Of a DNA stretch of 64,000 bases, positions 1 to 13,788 are shown piece after piece. Each line of letters opens with the position of its first letter. Positions within the stretch are counted from its first letter, which is position 1. Source of the DNA: the human T2T-CHM13v2.0 reference genome, Homo sapiens; the NCBI RefSeq assembly GCF_009914755.1, contig NC_060932.1; one strand, 5' to 3'. The translations under genes and the position numbers were made by a program. The notes below the pieces were generated by a model. It was not told where the DNA came from and ran no database searches. It saw only the letters and a program-made list of their open reading frames with translations.

Positions 1-866
1 AAACATCATATGATATGGCTTGGTTAATTTATGAGACTAAAATGTTGGCTATTCGTTAGTAATTTCATGGCTTTGGACATAGAAATTTTGTTTCCCACAT
101 AAGATATGTTCTATATTTGTATATTTCTGAGTTACAGGGCAAATAGAGACTTCTCTTATGTATATGAGTCATCTCTGCCAATGATATACTTTATTACATT
201 TAGTGTGTTTTGTCAAGTTTTATATATATTTTAAAAGGGTGCGGGTTAAAACATCATTTTGTAACCTTATTCCGATAGATCATGAAACTTTAAGCAATTA
301 TAGAACTTTTAAGTTGAAATCCTAGCATAATAATTTTCCTAAAATAAACACCTAACTGTTCTTCCCAAAGATATCAGGTTACATTACACTGTTTTTTTTT
401 TCTAATCCTTATTTTTGAAGGGTAAAAAGCAAAACATTACACAACAAAACAAAATACCAAAATAAAAACCTAGCGCCTGAGTTTAACTTGTTATACATGG
501 TTCTGTGCTGTAGCAGAATGTGTTTCTGGGCCACATGACAGAGAGATAGAGGTAACCTTGCAGTATTTTTTGGCATATCCCTTCTGCACCAGTCTCACTT
601 GAGGGGCTGGTTACTTATTACCTTCTAAATCGAAACATTTAACTGCTGGGAATTCTTGACTATAAGGGAGTGAGATATTTTATATGTTAAAAAAGAAACA
701 AAAGAAAGAAACTTGAGTTAGAATGAATTTTCTTTCCATAAATTAATAAACTCCAAATGTAACCTATATAGTTAGATTTTTAAAGTAAATCAACAGTGTA
801 AAAGTAACATTATTTTGGTGAATATCATTTTTGTGAAGCAAAGTTCTTTGCTTTGAGCGCATTATC

Positions 867-1174
867 TTTTTTTTTTTTTTTTTTTTTTTTTGAGACAGTG
901 TCTCACACCATCACCCAAAGCTGGAGTGCAGTGGTGCAATCTCGGCTCACTGCAGCCTCCACCTCCTAGATTCAAGCAATCATCCTGTCTCAGCCTCCTG
1001 AGTAGCTGGAATTACAGGTGTGCACCACCATGCCTGGCTAATGTTTTGTATTTTTAGTAAAGATGGGGTTTCGCCACGTTGGCCAGGCTGGTCTTGAACT
1101 CATGATCTCTAGTGATCCACCTGCCTTGGCCTCTCAAAGTGCTGGGATTACAGACTGAGCCACCATGCCTGGCC
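867..1174 (-). mobile_element. Alu, full length (old AluS/AluJ)
   Basis: Poly-T 867-891 followed by reverse-complement Alu body ending ...gcctggcc; degenerate TSD agcgcattatcttt / agtgaattatcttt. Confidence 0.95.
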
Positions 1175-1529
1175 TAGTGAATTATCTTTATCTCCATTTT
1201 ATAACTGAGTCTTCCAAGTGAACATGCATGGAACCATTTAATTAAAGAAAGAAAATTACTCATCTAAAAACAATAAATGCACCTCTTTTTGATGTTTGAA
1301 CCAAATTTTTGATCTAGTCCTCAAGTGTACTTCATCATCATATTTATCATTATTGTCAATTTCCAGAACTTCTATTACTTGCTTCCCTTCCCGATTTTAC
1401 CTGCCGGCTACTGTGCAAGCAAACACTCAACGGATATTGTTCCCATATCTCAACTTTCAAGGACATTACAATGACATAAAAATATTTGCTGAATGATTAT
1501 CACGTTTCAGAAATGCTTCTAAAATTTGC

Positions 1530-1690
1530 ATGTGTTATTTCATTTAACCCTTACAACAATTAAATAAAGTATTTGTCTTTACTATCTGCATTTCTCACAG
1601 GTGGAAACTGAGACTTAGAGAGCAACAGTGACTTGCCTGTTATCATTCAGTTAGTTAATGAGGAGCCAGAAGTGCATCTGGAGCTAGTTC
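1530..1690 (-). mobile_element. MIR fragment
   Basis: MIR core-like: atttcatttaacccttacaac...caggtggaaactgagacttagagag...gtgacttgcc. Confidence 0.7.
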
Positions 1691-2464
1691 TTTAATCAAA
1701 GTAATAGACACACTATCAAAATACAATACTTAGAAAGACATGAATACATGAGAAATAAACGTATATAGTTTACCTATAATGTTAAAAGCATATTTGTAGA
1801 GATAATGGAGTCTTAGGAATCATTTGTTCAGAAACTAAGAATTTTCAAAACCAAAGTTTTATACTTGATACAGCATGTCCAAGGTTTGAGAATGCACAAA
1901 GAGATTACTCTGGGTGTTCTTTTAGAAAAGGCCTAGGCATTGTCTAATGGAATGTCTGGGATTATTTGATTGTAAAGGAGTGTTCACATTTGATTAACTT
2001 TTTATTGACTAAGCTATTTTACAACTCAGTAGGGGTAGACGTCAGCCTGTAGAAAACAAATAGCAATGCAAATGATTTTTGTCCATAGCAAGGCAAACAA
2101 ATTTTGTTGAGTAGAGAAACAATTGATTTTCATCCCATAAAAATATAACCCCAAATATCACATTTTTATTGCCAAACATGAAAACACCACATTTTAAAAA
2201 ATTTCATATTAAGTTTTGCATCCATTGGCAAACTCATTTTTAGTATTATTGACTGCCAATATATATGCGTCTTTAAAGTTCTTTTTTGAACCAGTCTTAA
2301 CATCTTATTGGATTCCTCATTAATTAAAAGGTAGAATGAAATCTTTGGCACATGATCATTTATTATTTGCTTGGGGGTTATGCTTATAACTTTTTGAAAA
2401 TTATACTTTGCTAAGCATTATAAGGTTAAAACAAAAGAAAAAAGGTCAAAAGCAAGGTGACTAA

Positions 2465-2685
2465 ATTTTATTGTGTGCCTGCTATGAGTCCAGGATTTGG
2501 CTAAATCCTTTCATACCAGAGCTATGTTAATTTTTACCATAACTCTATGTGGTACCTATTAATTTCATCACTTACAAATGATGGGACAAAGACTGAGAAT
2601 GACTAAATAATAACTCCAGTGTCCTGTGCTCTAAGTAGTAAGTGGGAGAAGAGAGGATTTGAATCTACATCTGTCTTACTCCACA
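2465..2685 (-). mobile_element. MIR fragment
   Basis: ttacaaatgatgggacaaagactgag...ggatttgaatctacatctgtcttactcca resembles antisense MIR. Confidence 0.6.
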
Positions 2686-3119
2686 GAGAAATTCCTGTAT
2701 ATTCTCTAGGCTCAGGACACCACATAAAAGAAAACAAAAAGCTGAAATCAATGATTAGTATATGATGACTAGCCCAGGGTAAAGATGCTCTTTTACAGTG
2801 AAAGGTAGGTAAGTAACAAGATGTCTGATGTGTTTATTAAAAATAGCCACTGATAATGATGATACTGCTCTTTTAAAGGACAACACTGGAAAGTAACCTG
2901 GATATTCCAGAGTTCAAACTCCCTTCTATCATTATTGTCTTCACTATTCCTTCATTTGCATAGAGTGTACTCTTCTTTGTCTCGAGAGTTTTCAGCTAAA
3001 GTTGTCTAGAATTAACTCTTGTAAATTCTATCTAAAAATCTGAAGGAGGAGCCTCTTTTAGGCAAAAGTTATCTGAAATTTTTTAAAAATATGAACTTTA
3101 TTATAAAGTAAATCATATT

Positions 3120-3345
3120 CCTGTAGCATAGTAAAAAGAGAGAGAGCTGGTCGCTGACAGATCTGCACTGGAATTTCAGTTTTGACACCTATGATCTGTG
3201 TGAACATGGACAAGTCATTTAAAAATTTCAACCTTAATCACCCCACTTGAAAAGTTGATATGAAAAATCTTATTTGGATTTGAGATGAACTGGGTAATAA
3301 AGAACATATAATTATGACAAATATATAGAAGCCATTTAATAAACA
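3120..3345 (+). mobile_element. MIR fragment
   Basis: tagcatagtaaaaagag...ctgtgtgaacatggacaagtcattta resembles MIR sense core. Confidence 0.55.
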
Positions 3346-3885
3346 GAAGTTTGAAGTAACATCTGGCCTTCAGAGAAGGCATCATTGTATAATTGTTTCC
3401 TTTTTTTGTAAAATTTCAAAAGTTTGGCAAAAACGTCTTTGGACAAAGAGATACATAATTATACTTTTGTCATATTAGTTAAACATTTTTGTTTTATTTG
3501 GGAAACTACGCTTAACCCAATTTCTGGTTTCCATATATGGAAATACAAGCCTACATAATTCTAAAAAGAGACATTTGTATTTATTTAAAATTACAAATTA
3601 TATTATGTGCCTCTTAGTTCCCAAATATTTCCCAAGTTTTAGTAATTTTTTTCTTCAAAGCTAATTTAACTGATAGTATCTAATACTTATATAATATATT
3701 TCCTATTGCAAATATTTTAGTTCCAGGAAAGAGAAATTCTACTGAAAATTTATGATCACTTTTCTGCAAAATATTAGTTATATTTACAATGATACTTTTA
3801 GTAGGTAATACATAGGTATACATATAGGCTAATATTATGTAGGTGCATATTTCATTTAGTTATTTTCATTTTAAAAATGATTACC

Positions 3886-4411
3886 TGACTGAATAGTATT
3901 CCGTTGTGTATATATACCACATTTTCTTTATCCACTCATCCACTGATGGACACTTAGGTTAATTACATATATAGGCTATTGTGAATAGTGTCACAATAAA
4001 CATGAGGGTGTAGGTACACCCTTTGATGTACTGATTTTTTTTTTTTTTTTTTTTGATAAATACCCAGCAGTGGGATTGCTATATGCTGTGTTAGATCTAT
4101 TTTTAGTTTTTTGAGAGATCTCTGTACTGTTTTCCATAGTTGCTATACTAATTTAGAAGAAAGGAACAAGTTCCAATGTTTGATAGCAGAGTAAGATACC
4201 TATAGTTAACAACGTTTTGCATATTTCAAAATAGCTAGAAGAAAAAACTTAAAATGTTCCCCACATATAGAAATGATGAATATTCAAGGTGATGTATGCC
4301 TTAAGTACACTATTTGATCATAACACATTTTATTCATGTAAAAAAAATCATACATACTCCATAAATATGTATAAATATTATCTATCAATAAAAATAAAAA
4401 CAAAAAGAAAA
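3886..4411 (+). mobile_element. L1MA (L1MA4-like) 3' end with inverted 5' segment
   Basis: 3886-4155 is antisense L1 (gaatagtattccgttgtgtatatataccacattttc); 4156-4411 is a sense L1MA 3' terminus (aatagctagaag...aataaaaataaaa). Confidence 0.85.
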
Positions 4412-4564
4412 ATTTTGAAAAGCATACATTTTTTATAGTTTAACATGAGCTTACAAAAGATTTTGACTACCTAATGTCTTCCTAAAAGAACAGAAAATGC
4501 TCACTTTTGAACAGTCCATTAATTCATATTCGATAGACAAAATGACAAACTTAAGCACAGGCAG

Positions 4565-4906
4565 TGCTGTGGTTTGAATGCTTATTGCCTCCAAAACTCA
4601 TGTTGAACCTGGTTGCCCGTGTGTGTATGTTGGGATGTGGGATCTTTGGGAGGTGACTGGGCCATGAGGGCTTTGCCAGTATGCGTGCGATTAATGCTGT
4701 TACAAAGGGCGGGTTTGGACCCCATTTGTCTCTTTGCCCTTCTGCCTTCCACTGTGTGATGATGCAGCAAGTAGACCCTTGCCAGATGCAAGCACCTTTA
4801 TCTTAGGGTTCCCAGCCTCCAGACTCATAAGAAAATAAATTTCTGTTCATTATAAACCATCCAGTCTCAAGGATTCTGTTAGAGCTGCGCAAAATGAACT
4901 AAGCCA
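4565..4906 (+). mobile_element. MaLR solo LTR (MSTD/MSTC-like)
   Basis: Starts tgctgtggtttgaatg; contains cccagcctccaga and aaataaatttctgttc; ends aactaagcca. Confidence 0.85.
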
Positions 4907-5535
4907 TGTGGGTTCTGCCTGCAGAATGTGAGGAAGTGGAGGGATGCATTTCTGAGACACAACACACTAAAATGCAATTTGTTAATTTTAAGTATTCTGT
5001 ATGCTGCAAACATGCAAAGAGGATGTCAAAATAAGTTCTGTCAGTACCAATTAAATGTTATTTCACCAGTATATTTCTCACAATGCCAAAAGTAGGAGTA
5101 AATCTAGTGAAATTATGTGTGGAGCCATTTATTTGGCTTGTTATTCATGTCGCTGGTTAACTTTTTCGTGGAATAGTATAAACAACAATGTTTTTGTTTT
5201 TGTGATTTTCAATCTAACATAATTCCTGGTCTCTAGGCCTAATCAACCTGAAGCAACAATAAAAAGATAGATATAATAGAAAAATTTATTTTTCTGAACC
5301 CCAGCTGGCTATATCACTGAGACTCCTGGCCTTTTAAGTCTCCTTTTCACTTTCACAAAGTCTCCTTGTTGGATATTAAAATTACCTTCATGCTGCTCTT
5401 TGCCTTGTAAACTGGTCACTCTAATACGCAATTCCCGTTGTCCCTATCACTTACCCAGGAGTGTTTTAATGTTGCCCTGGGGTTTAATCTCATTGTCACT
5501 GTTTAGTTACTGAATTCATAGTTCCTTCTGCAATT

Positions 5536-5880
5536 TGTTATTCTTCCCCTCCTCTTCTTCTTTCGATTTATTTTCCTTTCTCTTTCTCTTCCCCCTTATT
5601 TTTTTCCTCTTTTTCATTTTTTCTCCCTCTCCCTCATCCTGTTTCCCAATCCTTCTCTATTTCCTCCTCTCCTTCTTCCTCCTTCTTTTTTGTCACCCTG
5701 TCACACTCCTCCTTTCCCTCCCATCTTCCTCTCCTGCCCCTCTGTCTTCCTTCTGCCCTTCCTCTGTCTTCTTCTTTCACTGTCTCCTTCTTTACTTTTC
5801 TTGCTCCCCCTCCACCTCCTTCTCCACCTTCCCTTCCTCCTCCTCCTCTTAATTCTCCTCCTCTTTTTCATTCTTCTTTT
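5536..5880. repeat. CT-rich low-complexity polypyrimidine tract
   Basis: About 345 bp of almost pure C/T on the + strand. Confidence 0.95.
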
Positions 5881-6329
5881 TGAAAATGGATCTTTAATGA
5901 GAGGAGAAAGGGTATAATTAGGAAGTCATGGCAACTGTGAAAATAAATCTGCTGAGAAATAAAATAATTTCATATTTTTGAAATGTAAGTACAGTGGCAT
6001 AAGTGTTTATAACACAGTTCCTTCCTGTAGAAGCTTAGTGGACAAAATTGAGGTAACTCACACAGCTTCCAGAACTTTCCAATGGGAGCAGCTGGATAAG
6101 AAAGATAATATGCACAGAACAAGTAACTTATATCAGAACTTCCTCAAGAGTTGGTTCCCAGCAGCTCAAAATCTTAAAACACAAAGGAACAAGTCAGTGT
6201 TCTGTTTGGTCTTGTTTGAAGTGATGATGAGCAAGATGTTGCATTTGAACCTTCCTCAAGTTGTCACCATGTTAAAGGTAGGATCAGGACCCAAGGTTCC
6301 ATTAGTCTTTATGTTAATAATCTTTAGAT

Positions 6330-7620
<1,291 letters not shown>

Positions 7621-7659
7621 ATGATTTCTTTTCCATCTTCAGGGGCTCTAGAGCTCCTT

Positions 7660-7683
7660 CCCCCCCCCCCCCCCCCCCCCCCC
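7660..7683. repeat. Poly-C homopolymer (C24)
   Basis: Uninterrupted C run. Confidence 0.95.
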
Positions 7684-7764
7684 TCCCACAAAGCAATGAA
7701 AACATATGGCATTTCATTTTCTTCGAGTTTGTCGTTGTTGCATTTTGCTTAATAGTGAGGCTGA

Positions 7765-8457
<693 letters not shown>

Positions 8458-8780
8458 TGTATTTGCTATTTTCTACTTACATTGTAAACACGCATAAAAT
8501 GAGATTTTGTTGTTCTTATTGGTCTGTAAATGATTTTGAAGAATGTGTAAGATCTCCTAATTCCTACATAAATATGTTCCACCAAAATGCAAATATAATA
8601 AAAAATTACCTGATTATTTGAAATTTTAAAGTAAATTTAGAACAGCATTCATAATAATTTTGTGTTTACACTACAACATAGTGCATTTCCAATATCTGTA
8701 GTTTTATTCTGTGAATTGGTTGGAAAAAATTCTAATTTTGAAAGTAACCTATATTTTATTGGAAGCATTTGGTAACACTT

Positions 8781-8925
8781 ATATACAAACAGGATATAAG
8801 TGGATATATCCTGGATCCACAAACAGGTTATAAATATCCACAAGCAGGATATATTAATATCCACAAACAGGATATTATTTATATTCACAGACAGGATATA
8901 TTTATATCTACAAACAGGATATAGA
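8781..8925. repeat. Degenerate minisatellite, ~24-bp unit
   Basis: About 6 copies resembling tatccacaaacaggatatattta. Confidence 0.8.
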
Positions 8926-10009
8926 TATTAGAATAACCAATATACAAACAGATATTGCTTTTCCAATTATACATAATAAAACTTGGTTTGAAAATAAATG
9001 AACTTAGAAGAACAGTCATTTGATCTAAATGAAAAGTCACCTCCTTTAGCTTCTTTGTAAATCTGTAGTCTTATGCATGGTCTCCTTAAAACAACTTCTA
9101 ATCACAATAAGATGTTATTATTTCTTTAGTAAATTTGTATATTCTGGTTTTTGTGTAGTCAGTAATATCCTTAGAGCCCCATAGTGAATGACATATATAC
9201 TTAAACATTTAGTTGATGTTTCGTGTCCATCATCAACCTTTTGAGATACAGAAATTCTGTATTTTTTATTAATCATAAACTTTCATATTTTTGAGCTCAT
9301 TCTCAAAAAGATTTATTTGCATGCAATGAAATCATTATATATTTTCACCCTACAATAAATGGTAGAATTATTTAAATAAGTGCACTCCAACTAATGTTTA
9401 TGCAGTCTACAGTGTAACTGCTCTGCCTCCATATTCTAAAAACATATCTCATGATTTCCCGCAATATTTACTCACCACATTAACTGGCAGTTTTGCACAT
9501 CTTTTAGGCCAAGGCTATTGGTGGCAAGGTAGTTAGGTGTACCTTGTAGGCCAAAATGTGGGACATGGAACAATTGTCTGGTATGCAGATAGCTTACAAA
9601 ACCACCCATCATCAAATGCTTCTCTCACCAGCTCTAGAAGCTGAGAGGGAGCCTTTAGCTACTCCTCTTAGAGCACACTTATCAATAAGTAACTTGCATG
9701 TTGTCCTGGAATGTGTTGTTAGCTAGATTGTATCTGGAAAGGGTCAGGCAAAGCTAGTGGAACTCAATTCACTATACATACGACTCATGCACTCCTAGAC
9801 AGAGTGTGGTGAACTTGAAGTGTAAGAGATGTTACGTCTTAATTTAATGAAACTATTGAAAATAATTTTCTGAAAAAATGAAAGCAAGAAAACAAACAAG
9901 ATACTTCCTCAACCAGACAAAATACAAAGATGGCAGGTATAAGCTGGAACATTTATTACTGAACAAACTGGCATGTGTGGTCATCCTAATCACATATCTA
10001 GTTCCAAAA

Positions 10010-10556
10010 TAGTCTTCCTTTAGTACCCAACAGTGATTGATTTTTAGGCCTCAGGCCCCCAACCTAGGAAACCAAAATTTGTGAAGACTCAAGTCCCTTA
10101 CATAAAATGGCATGGTATTTACATGTAACTTATACATATTCTTTAAATCATCTCCAGATTACTTATATTACCTAATACAATGTAAATGCTATGCAAATAG
10201 TTGTAATACTGCCCTGATTTATTCCATTTGCATTATTTTAAAATTTTTGTATAGTTATTTTAATTTTTTGACTGAATATTTTTATTTATTAATTAAAAAA
10301 AAAATTTTTAAGAGATGGAGTCTCACTATGTTGCCAGGCTGGAGTGCAGTGGCTATTAGCAGTCAGGATTATAGTGCACTACTTCCTGAACTTCTAGGCT
10401 CAAGTGATCCTCCAACTTCAGTCTCCCTACTAACTGGGACTACAGGCGCCAGCCATCGCCCCTCCCCACCCCACCCTGAATATTTTGGATCCATGGTTAG
10501 TTGAATATGTGGAAGTGAAACTCAAGATGCAGCCAACAGATACAAAGGGCCCGTTA
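10010..10556. mobile_element. MER2 (TcMar-Tigger), interrupted by a FAM
   Basis: ctcaagtcccttacataaaatggc, aaatcatctccagattacttata, cctaatacaatgtaaatgctatg and gatccatggttagttgaa match recalled MER2. Confidence 0.85.
10283..10475 (-). mobile_element. FAM (fossil Alu monomer)
   Basis: Monomeric Alu with 7SL-like gcagtggctatt...tagtgcactac segment; TSD ctgaatatttt at 10272-10282 and 10476-10486. Confidence 0.8.
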
Positions 10557-11639
10557 AATATACATGGCTGTTTCTGGGGTTCCTATTCTCTTTTGGACTC
10601 TTGGATCTCCCCTTCCTCAATAGCTGATACAGAAGTTACCGCCGCCTGATCTATCCAAGAGACCAGCTGCCCTGAACTTGTCCTAACGCCTGTTAAGTAT
10701 CCGCATTACAGGTATGCCTATCTTAATTATGAGTCCAGGTAAATTTTTAGTTTATTCATTCTATAATTTATCAAACACTACTATGTATTTGGTGCATATC
10801 ATGCATGTCAAAGTACATTTATTTGCCACGGGGACTAGAAGTCTCAAAGATTGTTTCCAGAGAAAACATTTATCTTTTTCCCACACTGTAATGTCAAAAA
10901 TGTTAAATTATAAAACACCTCTTTTCATGTTAATGTAATGTTATCAAACAAAATTGGCTACCAAATCATTCTTAATTAATAAAGACTTCTTTATAAGTTC
11001 TAACATCATAAGAAATAAAACAAAATTTAAAGACATTTTTGATTTGAAAGAGTCATATTTAAATGAGAATACATTTGACCATTTCTATTTGTATATTTAG
11101 TCTTCATTGTAAAAATAATTGTTTTGAATAGCAATAATTCTGGACTATTTAGCAAAACTAAACTGTCAAATTTCTTATCAACATGTAACTGGATATTTAT
11201 TTTTTCCTCTTGCTTCATACCAACCTTCTATGATCATATTTAACACATTAAATATGCAAATATTATCTGGGCTAATGAATATAGAGTTATGTGAACAAAA
11301 TGACAATTAGAAATATAATTGTTAACAGGTTGTTTTACTCTTTCTTTGCTGTACTTTTTGGATAATTCTGTTATGGAATATTTGAGGGTAGAGTGATTAT
11401 AAATTCATATGATTTTTGTTATACAGAAAGGAATGTATTAGGTAACAATTTATGGAATTTTGAAAACGCTGTATTTCCTTAAGATATGTTTGATATATTA
11501 AAGCTAAGTACGGGTTTTGAAAGACTTGGAAGTGTATCATTTAGCTGCAATGAATCAACTCAGTCACCCATTTCATATAATTAATAAAAAGAGTAATTAT
11601 TATGATTGAATAATAGAATTTGGACATGAGATAAAAGAA

Positions 11640-12240
11640 TTCTCACTGAGGAACCAGTGTTAGTAATGTCATGGGTTAGGAATGCTCAGGTTAACAGCAC
11701 CTATTTTAGTTTGAAAATAGTGTTCTGGATATGATGAGCATTCGGAAGATAGGAAATGGAGATAGGAGACCAATTATGGAGGGCTTTGAATGTTAGACAA
11801 AGAGCTTTATCCTCTGTGCCAAAGGGAGAAACAGACAATTTTTATTTGAGGTTATATCATGATCAGATTTGTGCTTCAATGAGATAAATATGCTGTAAAC
11901 CCAAGTTGGAAGAACATTTAGAATGCCAGTGTTTAAGAAAGGTAATGAGAATAGTGTCTGTGGACATAAAGAAAAGGGAATAGAATAAAAAAAAATGTGC
12001 AATTAAAATGAGAAACTGAATGAGAAGACTTACAAAGGGAATGTTAAAAAAAAAAGGAGAAAAGATTGTTTTTGAGCCTGGATGATGGAAAGGTGATGGT
12101 ATCAATAAGATAAATCAGTAGCATACAAATAAGTATAGTTAGAGGATGAAGATAACATTTAGTGTTGAAAATGTTTAATTTGTGGCATTGATAGGACGTA
12201 TAGGTAATTGCCATTAGGCTGCTAGAATTGTGGCTATATA
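11640..12240 (-). mobile_element. L2 fragment
   Basis: gagggctttgaatg...catgatcagatttgtgctt...gagcctggatgatggaaaggtgatgg are typical antisense L2. Confidence 0.7.
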
Positions 12241-12327
12241 TTTGCTTCTTCATACAAACACTTGCAAAAGAAATCCAAAGCTTCTATTGAAAACCAAAAG
12301 AAAATTATGTTAGCATCACTGTCAGGA

Positions 12328-12416
12328 AATTGTAATGTACAAAATATGTATTTTGTACATTACAATTGTATGATTTGTACAATTATGTACAAAATATGTA
12401 CAAAATACGTATTTTG
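12328..12416. repeat. Inverted repeat / palindrome cluster
   Basis: 19-bp perfect arms at 12328-12346 and 12349-12367; 16-bp palindrome at 12401-12416. Confidence 0.9.
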
Positions 12417-13323
12417 CAATGTCCTTTGCATTCTTGTTTAAATTCAAATACAAGGAATTTACTATATATTCAGTATGTATTTGGGAAATCTTGATAGTCT
12501 AGCTAAAATACAGCACACATGCTACCACAGTTTAGTTTTATTGCCAGACTTGGGGAACATTTAAACTCAGGACCCACCACAATGCCTGGAATTTAGTAGG
12601 TCCTCATGGATGAGGATGAAAGGATAAATGAATCAATAGATGAGTGAACACATTTTTGGTCTTTTGAAGCTATGGAGGTCATTGGTGTTCTCTTTTTTGT
12701 TATAGTGTTGAAAGAGAATGTGATAGGAATACATGATGAAAGTTGGAAAAAGTTACATTGCTTAAATATAACTAGACTTCCCATAGTTGATCAGATTAAA
12801 GCCCCAGAGTCTCTTATGGTTAATCTGAAGATTTATGAAGCTACAAATTTGTTTTCATTTCCTCATTTACATATCTGTATGAAACACAGGAGAGTGGCAT
12901 GTGATTGATATATATCCCCAAGTGAAATATAAAGCCAAAATTATTATTAACATTAGACATTTCTTAAAAATAATTATCTATTCCACTCATGTCTATCCAC
13001 ATAGGGTAATTGTTTAGCTGCCAATGACAACTGGAAAAAAAAGTCACTATGTGAAGATTCATTGATTTAGGTACATTTCTACTTGATTGCAGGTGGATGT
13101 CAGAATAGACCATAGGAAAATTCTTTGTACTTTTTGGGTCTTTAGTCCACCTTGCTTTTCATTCTTTGGATTCCATTTCTTGTTTACACTATAGCATCAT
13201 AAAGCTGATGATAACGATTTTAAATCTCATGATCTCCTACAAAGCTTTGCCAGCCAAGAGGAGGAAATGGTGGTGTTTTATCAATTCTGATGTGCTACCA
13301 AGTGCTTTCTGGTATTGCAAGAG

Positions 13324-13788
13324 TGTTTTGGATTGATTGTGTCCCCTCTGAAAGAATATATTGAAGTTCTAACCCCCATTACCTCAGAATGTGACCTTAT
13401 TTGGAGTTAGGTTGTTTGCAGATGTAATTAGTTAAGATGAGATCATACTGGAATAGGATAGGGACCCTAATCCAACATGACTGGTGTCTTTGCAAGAAGA
13501 TGGCCACGTGAAGACAGATACACACAACGATTTCACCATGTGATGATGAAGGTAGAGATTAGAATTATGCAGCTGCAAGCCAAAGAATGTCAAAGATTGC
13601 CAGCAAACCACCAGAAGCTGAGAGAATGCAAGGAAAGATTATCCCATACATTTCAGAGAGATCATGGTCCTGATGATATTTGATCTCTGACTTTTAGCCT
13701 CCAGAAATATGAAATAATAAATGTCTATTGCTTTAAGCAGTTGAGTTTGGTGGTACTGTGTTATGGCAGTACTAGGAAATTAGAGAGC
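13324..13788 (+). mobile_element. MLT1C-like MaLR LTR
   Basis: cctcagaatgtgaccttatttgga, gatgtaattagttaagatgag, gcaagccaaagaatg, ccaccagaagct and agcctccagaa motifs. Confidence 0.9.

Noticed and set aside
5535-5917. F/S/L/P-rich ORFs that look membrane-like
   Set aside because: Translation of the CT low-complexity tract
8781-8925. CRISPR-like appearance of repeated cacaaacaggatat
   Set aside because: Adjacent degenerate units with no unique spacers, in a eukaryotic context
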